DNA of 64,000 bases from Girardia tigrina (Eukaryota), in NCBI GenBank assembly GCA_001938485.1, contig MQRK01229935.1, positions 12,615 through 76,614 of the forward strand, in the 5' to 3' direction. Positions 1-13,000 of this stretch are shown piece after piece. The position numbers and the translations under genes are program-made. Positions within the stretch are counted from its first letter, which is position 1, and each line of letters starts with the position of its first letter. Under the pieces are notes generated by a model. That model saw nothing but the letters and a program-made list of their open reading frames with translations, had not been told where the DNA came from and ran no database searches.

Positions 1-40
<40 letters not shown>
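1..40. repeat. (AT)n microsatellite
   Basis: Uninterrupted AT dinucleotide run at the window start. Confidence 0.95.
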
Positions 41-44
<4 letters not shown>

Positions 45-610
45 TAATATACAAAATATAACATATAGCACAAATTTATGAAAGCTGCAATTTTATTTAA
101 ATTTAATTTGCTTTTTAAACATGAATCGTTTAGTAAATTTTTCTAAGCAATATTAATTAGACAATAAAAATATTTATTAATTTGGATCTTCTTGACAGTT
201 TGAGCGACTTATTAGTAAATGAACCTTCACGGAAATTAAAGAATAGTTTTATGTGGCTGTTAAGTACGGAAGGAAGTGGTATTAATGGCAGATGTAATAT
301 AAAAATAAAGTAAAAGTATTTTTCTCTATAAAAATCTATTATTAATTTTGAATATTAGAATATTTAATAATTATTAATAAATTAATAAAAAAATTAAATA
401 ATTAAAGAAATATTTTGAAATAAATAATTACATTCAATAATAAATTTTCAAAAAATATTAAGAAACAATTTTTCGATTATTTTACGTTTAATACCGATAA
501 AGAAAAATATCGTTTACATTTCTTTTTTAATCGCTAATTTTTTGATTTATTTATTAATTTTTTAGTAACACATTTTTCTGACACAAATAAATTTAAATGA
601 AAAAATTGTC

Positions 611-618
611 TATAAAAA
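611..618 (+). promoter_or_regulatory. TATA box of the prohormone gene
   Basis: TATAAAAA 35 nt upstream of the ATG at 646, followed by an initiator-like TAGTT near 635. Weak on its own in such AT-rich DNA. Confidence 0.5.
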
Positions 619-645
619 AGGAAAATTTGGAAAGTAGTTTTAAAT

Positions 646-831
646 ATGAAATCCTTAATTTTATTAATCATGGTTTGTGCAATATTGTTTCCTATTTGTG
701 AGGTAGATTCTTTCTACCGAAAACCAAAACCATTCGGGAAAAGATTCGTAAAAGAAACAGAAGAAGAATTAGAAAAAAGAAACAACGTTCAACATTTTCG
801 AAGATGGCATGGTCAATTTGAAGATAAATAA
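646..831 (+). CDS. Secreted neuropeptide prohormone, 61 aa (predicted FYRKPKPF-amide plus further dibasic-bounded peptides)
   Basis: Hydrophobic signal peptide MKSLILLIMVCAILFPICEVDS, then FYRKPKPF-G-KR (amidation Gly plus dibasic site), acidic spacer ending KR, NNVQHF-RR. TATA upstream and AATAAA at 852-857. Confidence 0.85.
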   Translation: MKSLILLIMVCAILFPICEVDSFYRKPKPFGKRFVKETEEELEKRNNVQHFRRWHGQFEDK

Positions 832-851
832 TACTAAATGAAAATTGATTC

Positions 852-857
852 AATAAA
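852..857 (+). terminator. Polyadenylation signal of the prohormone gene
   Basis: AATAAA about 20 nt after the stop codon. Confidence 0.5.
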
Positions 858-1899
858 TTTTTTATGCATTATATTTCTATTTTATTAAAATAATTAAAAT
901 TTGTTAAATTGAGAATTTTTTACCAATGTTTTTAAATATAATGATAATATTTTATTAAGACAACAAGAACTACATTATAAAATTAATTTATGATTAGATA
1001 TATCGACGGATTTACCATTATCTTAAGGTCACTAATAATGAGCTTTTTTAAGACTCATAAATTGGATATTGGTGATTACGCATTCTTCTGTATAATAAAA
1101 GTCGAAAACTCTCAACAAATTGATTGAAAATGCCGTTTGAACATTGATTTTATGATCAGGAGATCTTATTTTTTTTAAGAACTTTTTATTAAGAAAATAC
1201 TTTTTGAATTACATTACGGAAACGTATTTATTTTTTTAATTATACCTAAATTCTTTCTAATTTTATTGTTGAAATATTTTATGAAATATTTATTAACTTC
1301 CGTTTTATTATTTTTATTACGTATTTAATATTTATATTTATCAATATGTCTAGAATATGGAAAAAGGTAATTGTATAAAGAAATTGTGTAAAAAGAGGTA
1401 AAATGGTAACATTATGGAAATGCGCGGAGCATTCGCCCTTAACAGCTTAATTAGAGACTTTTTTACTTTGTTCTTTTTGTTCTGAATTATTTTGAGTTTA
1501 TAGTATAAATTTGATCAGCAACAGAAGATACCCGAGTTATTCAATCAGAAGTGATAACGCCTCTTTAAGTACAAAACATCCAGATTCGATATTTAATGAA
1601 GGTTTTCAACCTTTCGTATCTCATTAGAAACATACTTGTTCTTTGATAGATAAAGGGTTAGAGGAAATTCATCTTGAGTCATAAAGTTTAAAATCAATTG
1701 ATTAAAATAATGGTGTAGAAATTCCAAAATGGCAGTTGTGCAATAAATATGTATTTCTCTCATTTATCTTTAAAGAAATTTTAACTTAAATCGAAGCAGA
1801 ACTTTTGATAACCCAAATTTAATGTGATGTTGCAAGTGAAGATACAACAGAAATACATAACGTTTCATCAACAATATAATTTAATTATGTCGGTAATGC

Positions 1900-2316
1900 C
1901 GAATTAATGACTCACGTTTCTAAATTTTGCTCTGGGAAATCTCCTCCAGCCAACCCATGTTTGAAGAGACCTGACTTATAAGTTGCGTTTCTTTCATTAA
2001 TTCGGTGATCCATTTGTATATTTTTGATCTCAAAAGACAGTTATCTTTATAAGCATGAGCAATATAAGGAAGTATTTTTCCATTTTTCTTTTTAAGTATC
2101 AAAAGAATTTCATTTAAATTTCGGTGTTTTACAGTGATCATTTCTCTGCAGAATTCAAATTTAAAATAACAACAAACATATATACCCACTATATTAAACG
2201 TAATATATGTGTTGGAACATGTAAAGCTATAGTTAAGACTGGCGTAATCAATACCACAAAATCAATGAGTTAATATTTCTAGTTCCTATCCAGTCCCAGA
2301 CATTTTTAATGAACCG
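1900..2316 (-). mobile_element. Mariner-like 5' fragment
   Basis: ORF 1920-2189 contains AYKDNCLLRSKIYKWITEL, resembling the mariner N-terminal helix-turn-helix region. Confidence 0.45.
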
Positions 2317-2649
2317 AATATTTAAAACCTTTATTGTATTGAGTTGTTTCAAAGCGCCTTGCCTTTAGATAACGCTCTAATTTAATTATTTAGACATGTT
2401 AGAAGTATAACTAATCAAATATATAGCAATAAATATATTGAAACTTTAAACAAAAATAATTTTGTTAGTAAAATTCACTATATATGCGATATAGGATTAA
2501 ATTAATAAAAAAATCATAATCGAAAATTTATATTGTTTATAATAAATGAAATCGCCCTGAAACGGCAGTAGTTATATATATATATATATATATATTTACC
2601 GTTAAAGGTTTTTTAATAAATTTATTATTTAACATTCTTTTTTAAGGAT

Positions 2650-2930
2650 CGATTTGTGGTTGCAAGTTAATCTGGTTTATAAATTTGATTGTCACGTGCG
2701 TAAAACCTCGTACATCGGAGGGACAAATCGTCATCTCAAAACCCGGATTAGTGAGCATTCATAATCAAGTCAATCGAGTAAGGTTCTTGATCATTACATT
2801 GTAAAAATAGAATTTCTTCTATTTTAAAGGATGAGTTTTCTGTTTGACAGAAGGGTTTTGATTCACATTATGAGTGGCAGTTTTGTGAATTTAATATGAA
2901 CAAAGTAAGGCCGTTTCAAATCTTAAAATC
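2650..2930 (+). mobile_element. Penelope-like element remnant (GIY-YIG endonuclease)
   Basis: Manual translation LVYKFDCHVRKTSYIGGTNRHLKTRISEH from about 2671. Confidence 0.75.
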
Positions 2931-3655
2931 TCTAATTAAAATTTTAATAACATTTTGCCATTATTATCCAATAATATCCAAAATTACATAAATAAATAAA
3001 TTTTCTCTTTTAAAATAATAAAAAGGATCATTAAATAATTAAAAAGAAGAAAAAAAGTAACATACACATATAATGAAACGTGTACAGTTTAATAAAAAAG
3101 CTTTTACAAAATTATTTTTGAAAAATATTAAATTAGCGTTCACAACACTCAATAATATATTTTTATTTAATAATATATATATATATATATATATATATTA
3201 TACTGATTTATTAATCAATTATTATCAGCAAAAATCATTTAAAAACGATGAATCAATTATTATAAAAATTAATAATCTTTCATAATAGAAGATCAGACAA
3301 TCTCGGGACTTCCTAAGTAGTATAAAGACTCATTAATTAAATTTTCTGATAATTTAAACAAATAATAAATAGGAAAATATGGAAAAATAATTTTTATTCT
3401 GTTAATTGTGACTCTATTTCTATTGACATTTATTCATTTAGGTGTAAATTAATTGAAATTAAATTCGTGTTAATGGAACGGGAGCCATTGAATTAATGTC
3501 ACACAAACTAATTGTTCCATTAATCATACACAATAACATGGAATTTTTCCCGTGGTAAATGCAAAACAAATGCTTTTAATTATAATTTTCTGAACCGTTA
3601 AAATGAAGAGAAAACATATTATATTTACAGTTATTGTTTTACATGTTTCATTCAT

Positions 3656-4092
3656 TTAAACAAAAGTGGATGTTATGTACGACGGGGTGTAATTGTTTGT
3701 GGTTGCGGATGAACCCACCGGTAGATTCGCTTTTTCCGCGCAAGGAATCGAACTCCTTTCGTGTTTATCTTCTGTTGTTGAACTATACGCGATGTTATCA
3801 AGACTTTCTTTCGAATCTCGATACCGCAATTGGGGATTCGATTGATGGAATAGAGATTTTGCTTTGATACTCGGAGTTTGGAGATTATTCACCATAATTT
3901 GCATTGGATTATTGGTGCTTGTAGAGGTTTCCGAGGGGTTTTTGTAATTGCAATAATTCGTCATATTGAAATTATTTTCCTTCAAATAATCGAGTTGTAA
4001 TTTCGGTAAGGAATTCGGGTAAAGAACATTATATTGACCTTCTTTCATCCACATTAGATGAGTGTAATTTTCATTTGAAGACGGATGTGCAT
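3656..4092 (-). CDS. Protocadherin terminal coding exon (cytoplasmic tail ending ...SYITSTFV*)
   Basis: Acceptor cattttag|AT GCA CAT (phase 1); 437 nt open to the stop. The first 38 codons of the listed ORF 3656-4207 are intron-like. T-F-V fits a class I PDZ-binding motif. Confidence 0.75.
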
Positions 4093-7000
4093 CTAAAATG
4101 ATTGAAATTATATTTAACATATAAAGGAAATGATAAAAAAATATTGTGTTTATTATCAAAATCCAATTTAAAGAAAAATACTCAGCATTTTTGTTATTGG
4201 GTTTCATAGGTAAATTTTAAAAGTTCAGGGGTCCCTCTGGTGATATAATTTTCGAATGAAGAACCTATATGAAATTAATCTATTTTAAGTGTATAATTTA
4301 ATAATTATATTGTCCTCGATTCAAGATTAGAATTAATAATTTTACACACCAATTTACTAATCAAAATAATACACATATTTAAACAAATGTCTCGTTAATT
4401 TAATCATTTCGCCAAAGTTCATTGAATAAATTTTCGGTGTTTAAAATTTATCTTTATTGACTTTTATCTTTTAACTTTTTATTTTCAAAATCATTTCGTA
4501 AAACTTTTTAACTTAACCTTAATTTATTTCAAAAAATTACATATTTTACCCCGTTTTTTATTTTTATTATTTATTTTAAAATTCTTATTTAAAAAGTTTT
4601 ACTAATTATTTTCCTATTAAAATATATCGATTTTAATTAATCTAAACTTTTTAGATTTTAACACACTTTTTTGTTTTACATAATTATTTAATTTTCGTGA
4701 AAATTTTAAATTTGATTTGGCGAATGGAAAATTTCAACTAAATCCTCATAAATAATAATCATTTTATAAAACAGAGATAATTCAGAGATTATTATAATGT
4801 TTTTGGTGTTTTCAGACGAAAAATGTATTAATCTTTAAAACTTCAAGCAGATAGAAGCTAAAATTAGTTTTGTAAATTACAGGGAGCAATGATCAGATAA
4901 AAAGAAGAAACTAAAGAAACACATCACAACAATTCCAGAGCACATACTAGGTGCTTTTGGATCCCGATTGAAGCTTTATAACTAACGCTTATAAAATTAC
5001 CAACCATACAGCTAGATGTGGAAACGATCACTTCGGGGCTCTTAAGACACCTGACGTTCAGTAAAACGAAGACTATTATGTCGCTTGGTAGACTTCCTTC
5101 AATGCGTATCACCTGATTTTTTATCAGAGCGTTTTTGAAGTTGGTCATGAGAAATAGAAGTTATGTTTAGAAAAAATGGCAGCACATATTTGTCTTTTTT
5201 GGCTTTAGAAACTGATGTCTTTACAAAGTTACTTTCGATCTCAGATCTGATACTTATTGGCTATACTATATAAATTACAAACTAGTGAAAAATGAGTAAA
5301 ATTAGTTTTAAATATTTAATGATTATTAATATATTTATTTCAAATACAATATCATTATTTCACATGGATAGTATATGCATCTAATTATCAAAATACTTTT
5401 TAAAAATTGAAAGACGCCATTTTAAAATAAAATCTTTTATTGATACAATATATTTCGAAAGAATATCCGTCATCATCAGGCAGTTCTGATTGTAGCTGTT
5501 AAGCTTATATATGTTAAATTGGAGATTATACAATGCGTTTCATTTAACAACAGCATGATACGAAATTCTAACATTAAAAAAATGGTTGAATATAATTATC
5601 CAATGAAATTATAGTTGAAGATCTTTTAACAATAACATTTACTATAGGAATTTAAGTTACACACACTCAATCAAGCATATACACACAAATACACACATAT
5701 ATACATACATACAAACATCAAAACACACATCATTTTATGCTCATTTAACAATTTAAGGCTCTTTTAACAACATTATCTCAGAAAAGTTAAAAAAATGAAT
5801 TATGAATTGGAAAGCATTTCTTCGGCGTCAGACAATAATACTGACCCAGCAATGGATGTTTCTCATGACATTCATGCTAAAAAGAAACGAAAATCGTAAA
5901 ATGTTTAAACTTTTACTTGATTTATTTCCTCATTTTTCAGAGTTTCTAAGAATGACAAAGAGAGAATTGTATCGGCGTACAATAAAGGACAAGATTATAT
6001 CAACGAAAATCGACAAATATCGATCGGTTATGAGAAAATCGATCGATAATTATCGATATTCGATTGACGCGATATCGAATTTGGAGACGCTCTTCCTGAC
6101 GCCGTTTAAAATCGTTCATCCCGCGTGTCGATTCGATTACGAGTCGATGAATTGATCGATTATCGATTTGATCGAGAGANNNNNNNNNNNNNNNNNNNNN
6201 NNNNNNNNNNNNNNNNNNNNNNNNNNNNNTTAAAATCGTTCATCCCGCGTGTCGATTCGATTACGAGTCGATGAATTGATCGATTATCGATTTGATCGAG
6301 AGAGACGATCGATTTGTTATCGGACGACGACGATGAAATACCACCGCCGCCGCCGCCTTTAATCGATAGTCGCAACAATATAATCGATTTATCGACGCTC
6401 TATCAACTGATAATCGACGACGATCAATCGTCCGATAGGATCTATAATCACAGCGATCGATCCAAGAAATCATCGATCATCGAGATTAGAGACGGCGACG
6501 ACGAGGACGAATCGATCAGTTCTCCTGCTGCTCCTCTGCCATCGTCATCGCCGCCGGCTTCAAATAACAACAATCGATCGATTGTCGGCCACAAACGACC
6601 GGATCGCGTACTCGCGCTTCCAGTCCGTGCAGGTGCCCGTCGTCCGCCAGTCGATCGATCGCTCGCTCTACCGACTGGCCCGGCTTTCGGTCAACTGCGC
6701 ACACTGACTGATTAATCGATTGATGCCACTGCTGTAAATAAATTTCCAGTTACAATCAACGATTGTGGCCCTAATGAGAACCGGTTCACTTTCTCCGGCG
6801 TTGCTCCTCTCGAAGACCGCCGTCGCCGATGTCGTTATAACAATCAGTTGAAAATAAAATAAAGTTGCAAAAATAACGACAGTATATAAAATGATATCAT
6901 AAAATTGAATTTTATTCAATTTTATGATATAACATTATATAAGTCTTAATGTTTCTATACTATGTAACAGTACATTAAAACTGTTATTAAATGTGCATGT

Positions 7001-10000
7001 TATAACATTTTACTGTTATAAAATGAAACGCACTGTATAATGCACTGTGTAATTACTATTTCACGTAAGCACTTTCAACAAAGTTGATGAGTCACTTCAT
7101 TGGTGCCAAGTTTGGAGCTTAGTTGAAACTATCTTTTATTGAATTACTTAAACTAAGAAGTTCTTTCAGGGTTTTCGTATTAGTTTACAGAGTCAAAGTA
7201 ATTTGATCATATTATTTTCGAAACAGCAATAGATCCATCGATTTGTGCATTCATAAATAAACTAGATATTTCAAATAATATCATGTATTTAGTATCGGAT
7301 ATTAAATTATATCATTGAAATCAAACTGTCTTTGATAAGGAATTTGTTGGAAATCAAATGACTTGAAAGGGAATAATGAACGATCCGGTAGTGATACTTT
7401 GCACGTCAACTTAAAAGCACATTTCATAAAATTCCTCAATTTATTTTCATTGGAAAAGGTTTACTATTTTCCTTAAGATTGATTAGAGTAAATTTGTTTG
7501 TTATAGTTTTTCTCCAATTTGATTTTATATTGAGCAAACATTTATTTAATTAATGGTTTAAAAATCCTGAAAAAGTGTAAATAAACAGAAATACTTTTTA
7601 TAATTAGTGAGAAAGAATTTTTAAAATGGGAAAAGAAAAGTTGTAAAGTTGTTAGATTAATATTTATCTAATAAATAAAATGCAATATATAATGAAACAT
7701 AATTTTAAAAGAAATAGAATTTCCAATTTAAATTAATGATTGTTTTAATTAAAATATCTGATTAAAGTAGAAAAAGTTTCCAATAAAACAATGAAGAAAA
7801 AATCCATTAATTAATACAAAAGTTTAAAAAAGATTTTTTATTATTTTATTTATTTTCAAATAAATAAAACGTATTTTTTACAAAAATTTTTAAAATTGAA
7901 TAAATAAATTTATGCCATATTTATTTTTGGAAAACAATAAATAAATACAATTAGAAAGAAATAATTATAATTAAAATATTTTTTAATTAAATGGAAAAAT
8001 ATTTGTTCTGCTTTTTTAAATTAATAATTAACGTGCTATTTTTATTAATAATAATTTAATTATTATTATAATTATTTACATAAAATATAATTATTTTTCA
8101 GATGAGTTTAATTATCCAGTAATTATTAATTTAATAATAATCTGGGAAATTTAAGATCTCGAAATTCAGTGAAAATAATACAGAATGGAATTATGACAAT
8201 TCTTTAGAATTTAATGTATTGTTGAGTTTATTTTTAATTTATTCATTCAATTTTTATAATAAATATTTCTTAAAAGCTTTTCAATTGATAAAAAAAGAAA
8301 AATTGAGAACCCTATTCTTTTAAGATACCACTACATATAATATTCTGGAAAGCTCACCTGTTAGTTCACAGAGGCTGGGGTCTAGCAGCTCGTCGTTGCA
8401 TTTTCGTTCATTCTGAAAACAAAAATAATCCATTATAAAACTGCTAATTATTGGAATTTAATTATTTTATCAAAATTGAAAATTTTCGATGAAATAATTT
8501 TTTAAAAAGTATTGTTTTGAATCATTTGTTAATTTTATTTCTTTTTTTATTTTATGTAATTTTTCAAAAATAACAAATTAGCGTTTATAACACTCAATAT
8601 TATACATGTATAAATAAAATGTCCTACCAACAATAATTCACCTTTTTACATTCATATCATTCCAAACCCATGAAGATTTTGTATAGAAAAACATTTAGTC
8701 TATTAAATATTTATTATATATTTTATATTTATGCATTTTTTGTGTTTTAACTTTTATTTTCATGCAGCAAATCAAAATAACAAAAATCAAAATCAATATT
8801 TATAAATATTTACATATATATTTAAATTTATATATACTTGCATTACATGTAGTGACTATTGTTAGGAGCTTGGGTGATTTCATAAAATTTTTGAATTTAA
8901 AATCTGATCAAATTAATAATTAAATAATTATATGTCGGAATGTAGAGTTATAGATATTAAGAACACCAACATGGGTTTTCGAACTTTTATTTTCATTACA
9001 ATTAGAATTGTCTTTTGGACAACTCTCAGCGAAACTCTCGTCATTCGACATCGTTCTAAATTGATAATTTTTAGTTAATGTTTTTTAATGAAAAATTATT
9101 CGAACAATTTTTTCATTATTTTCAGATTTTATTTTTAAAGTTCAAATTTTGTAATTTTAGTAATAATTTAATCTACATATTAATTTTATTTAAAAAATGA
9201 TTTTATGTAAAGAAGGAACATTTATTCAATTTAAAACTTAGTTAAAAGCTGTTTACTTTATTTAAATTTTTAATATTAAAATTTGAAACGATTTAATATT
9301 TTTAAGTTTATTTAGATATATTATGCTGTACTTTAAAATGCAAATTATACTCGAATAATTATTCTCCGTGAACATCCAAAATATCAATTTTCCATATGTG
9401 TGGGAGAAACACATTTCCAAATACTAAACTCAACATACAAAATTCAACAAACCAAATTTAAAATATTCCTCACAATAGATATGTTAAAATAAGATTTACC
9501 CATTTAATGTAAAAATTAATTTATGTAAAAATAAAATAAATTTTATGGTAGGTTTAGTAAATTGTAATTTGGAGTCAATAAAAAGAGTTATTATAAAGTA
9601 ATAAAGTAAATTAGAATTTTAATGGAAATATAAAACTTAATATTTAATTTTTGAAATGATAATAAACTAAAATATATTTTTTTAACTTTTATCTAACAAT
9701 TTGAAAAAAATTTAAATTGAAATAAATAAAAATATTATTTTGATTTTATTTTTAAATTGAGATTTTATCGAAATGGAAATGTAATTGAAGAAGGATTAAA
9801 TTAAATATGTAAAAAAAGGACAATTTAATAAACGTCAAAATAAAATTTTTGTAACATAATTTTATTAAAATAACTTATAATTTTAACAAAAGACGAGTAT
9901 AAAATTTAAATGCTTAATAAATGAAATAACAATATCTATATCTCTATTTATTTTGTAATCATTTCTGTAAAAAAAGAAAGTGCTTACGTTCCTTATAAAT

Positions 10001-13000
10001 ATTTGTTTGAAAAACTTTTTTTGAAATAAAAATAAATTTTTGTGTCATCAGTTTAAATTTTGAATCCAAACCAAATATGGCGACCATAGCCAGCAGCTCG
10101 GAACAATTGATTTCGAGACTTCTACCGGAAAGATATCGGAGACAGGACAATATATCGGGACTTCCATATCGGCTTGTGCTAGATATGGTTATTATCCTAC
10201 GAGTTAATACCAATATATGAAAGTGTATCTGTCGATTTAAAGGATGCGAAGCCCGACTTCGAGAAGCCTTTCTGAAGAAAAGTGTATTATTGGAAGACTT
10301 AGAAAAGGTATTAAATGTCTTTAATAACGATTCTTTCTGAAGAATCGGTAGAGGAGTACTTTGTTAAAGCAAGTAAATTAGCAGTGAAATTAGTAAAACA
10401 TCAATAGACAATAGGAGGAAATAAAAAGATATCTTCTAATTCACGGACAAAGGATAACGATGTGAAAAAGGACATTAAATTTAGGAAGATAAAGGAGGTA
10501 CCGGAAATAAAGAACGGGATAAAGAAAGTGGAAGAAACTTTAAATTAAGCTAGTATAAAATTGGTAAATGATGTGAAACATAGATAGGGTAACCATTTGC
10601 ATGTATTTTTAACGGACAGTTTGCTTCATTAATTGTCTGTTGTTCGATTTTGCATAGATTTTATTCGTTTTTTCCTACATCATTAAATTGACATTTGGAA
10701 GTTAAAATAAATGACGTTGATCCACATTTTTTTATTTATCATTAAAAACAGTTTTTCTAAATTAAATAGACAAACCCTGTTGAAGTGATTTTATCAAAAA
10801 CTTAAATTGTGTATTAAAAACAATATTCTGGTCACAAAATATTTCTGGCTGTTTGCAATAGAAAATTTCCGAGGAAAAAAAGTATCGCTTTAAATTTTAA
10901 TCATTCAACAATTTAAAATTTACATAATCTTCTTGTTTAGTAAGATTTCGAATATAAAGGTCTGTAGATGTAATATAGCAATTGTAGAAACTTATTTATA
11001 TTTAATTTCACTATTATTATTATTATTAATCGTATATTAGAATCTTTATAATACTTGTATTTTATGTTTTATTATATTTATGTTCTCTTTATTATAATTA
11101 TTATGTTTTATTATATTTAAGTTTTCATTATAATTATATTTATATTTATTTATTATATATTTCATTATAATTTAATTGATATCTTCATCTTAACGACTTG
11201 ATGTCGTTAAGATGATTTTTAATTTAAAATTTAAAAATTAAAATTTAAGGATCGATAAATCGATCAAAACTATAATCATAATTATTATTTTTAACCGACG
11301 AGTTTGTCAGTTTATTTTTTTTTGACGAATCTGTGTTTATTAATACCAAGTTTCTTTTATCATTAAAAGAAGATAAATTAATTCCTAATACCAGTTACTA
11401 GATACGATGAAAACCTTGAAACTCGACGATTATTATTTTCGTGCAAAACAAATATTTGAGCTATCCTAAAAGGGAAAGTAAAAGAACTATTTACATACCG
11501 AACTAATTAATAATTTGAACATTCTTGTTGAGTCAACCATTATTACAATTCCCAATTCAAATATCATTCTTTTATTGTTGATCTATAGACAGACTATTCA
11601 TTTGTTTGTGCTGTTGCGAGTTTGAATTAATTAGAAGGAATTTATTTATTAATTTGCTTCTTATAATAATCGTCCTTTTTATATTACTGTGTTTCAATTA
11701 GTGTATCTTCTTTTTCCTGTGTGTTCGTTAATAATAATAATAAAGTTAACATTACGAAAAGTGTTGCTTTTACTTATTTATGTCCGTTTTTTCTTAAAAG
11801 TTTTGATGGTCGCCCTGTGTATAAAGGTTGATGATAGTTTGAGTCTTTTGGTATATTAATTTTATTTGATATTTTTAAGAAATTTAATACAAGTATCAGA
11901 ACACGCATCATAATTTCAATGTTTTCTTTTCATTTTAAACCTTAATTAATTTTAAAAACAGAGTTTATTTTATTATTATTATTATTATTATTATATTCAA
12001 AAAATATATATATTATTACAGTAAAAATAATATTTTTTCAAAAATTAAAACAATCAGACAATTAATTTATTTTATAAATTCTATGATTTAATTTCAAGCA
12101 ATTATATTTTTCGGTTTTAAATTTCACGAACAGACATCGAAATATCAATTTTTATATTTACAAGTAAAATTATATTTCTTGAAAAAGACTTTTTTCATTT
12201 AAAAAAAATTTTTTTTAATAACAATTGATTTTCTATAAAAAAATAAAAAAAAATATTATTTTTTCAAATAAAAATTATTTTTACCTTATAATTAAATAAC
12301 AATAATTAAATTTAAATTAATATAATTTTATTAGATTATTTAAAATTAAAATTTATCTATTGATTATATTTAATTTAATTTCAAACCAATTTCTTGAATA
12401 TTACTATCTAGAATTTATTAATTATTTTATTAATTATTAATTTATTTTTTATAAAATCGAAAAAAATACACCAAAAATTCGATTGGAAATTAATTAAAAT
12501 ATCATGAATTAAAACAAAATAAATATTTATTATTTCATTAAATTTTGTGGGAATGAAATTTCGAGAAACAAAATTATTTTTTTATTAAAATAAATTTAAT
12601 ATTCATAAATCAGAAGATAAATATCGTTGATCTGAACCACCTGTTATTCTGATTTTGCGATTATTATTTGGAAATTATAAATGATAAATTATTTTTTTAA
12701 GATGATATGTAATGAATTTATGGGGTTTTTTGCCTATTTACATAAGATTTTTTTTTCATTTTTTATCTTTGCCCATTTTTAATAATTGTACAAAATAAAA
12801 TGACATTAAGAAAATAATTTTTTAATCTATTTTCTTTTTTTCATTTCATTTGCTTTGTTTTTGCTTTTTTTAACAATATATTTTGAACGAAGAAAAATTT
12901 AAAAAAAATAGATAAATAATTTGCGTTCTAATTTCTGATTTCTTGTTTGAAAATTTTATATATTGTTCTTTTTTTATTTTTCTAATTATTTTATTTTTAT

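Larger units (their letters stand above)
5531..7035 (+). mobile_element. Tc1-like transposon shell with a foreign internal insert
   Basis: TA-flanked imperfect TIRs CAATGCGTTTCATTTAACAACAG / CAGTGCGTTTCATTTTATAACAG (reverse complement). Transposase-like N-terminus KKKRKS^[19 protein letters not shown] across a short GT-AG intron (~5896-5940). The rest is replaced by CpG-rich DNA. Confidence 0.7.

Noticed and set aside
3370-3452. Hydrophobic frame KYGKIIFILLIVTLFLLTFIHLGVN after a TATAAA, as a second secreted-peptide gene
   Set aside because: No in-frame ATG, no processing sites, and T-rich DNA gives such frames by chance.
4093-4207. Hydrophobic N-terminus of ORF 3656-4207 as a signal peptide or TM of a standalone gene
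   Set aside because: AT-rich intron-like sequence ending in a clean ttttag acceptor; better explained as read-through into the protocadherin last exon.
6106-6303. Apparent ~74-bp direct repeat on both sides of the N gap
   Set aside because: Identical sequence flanking a 50-N gap is typical of unmerged contig overlap, so it is probably an assembly artefact.
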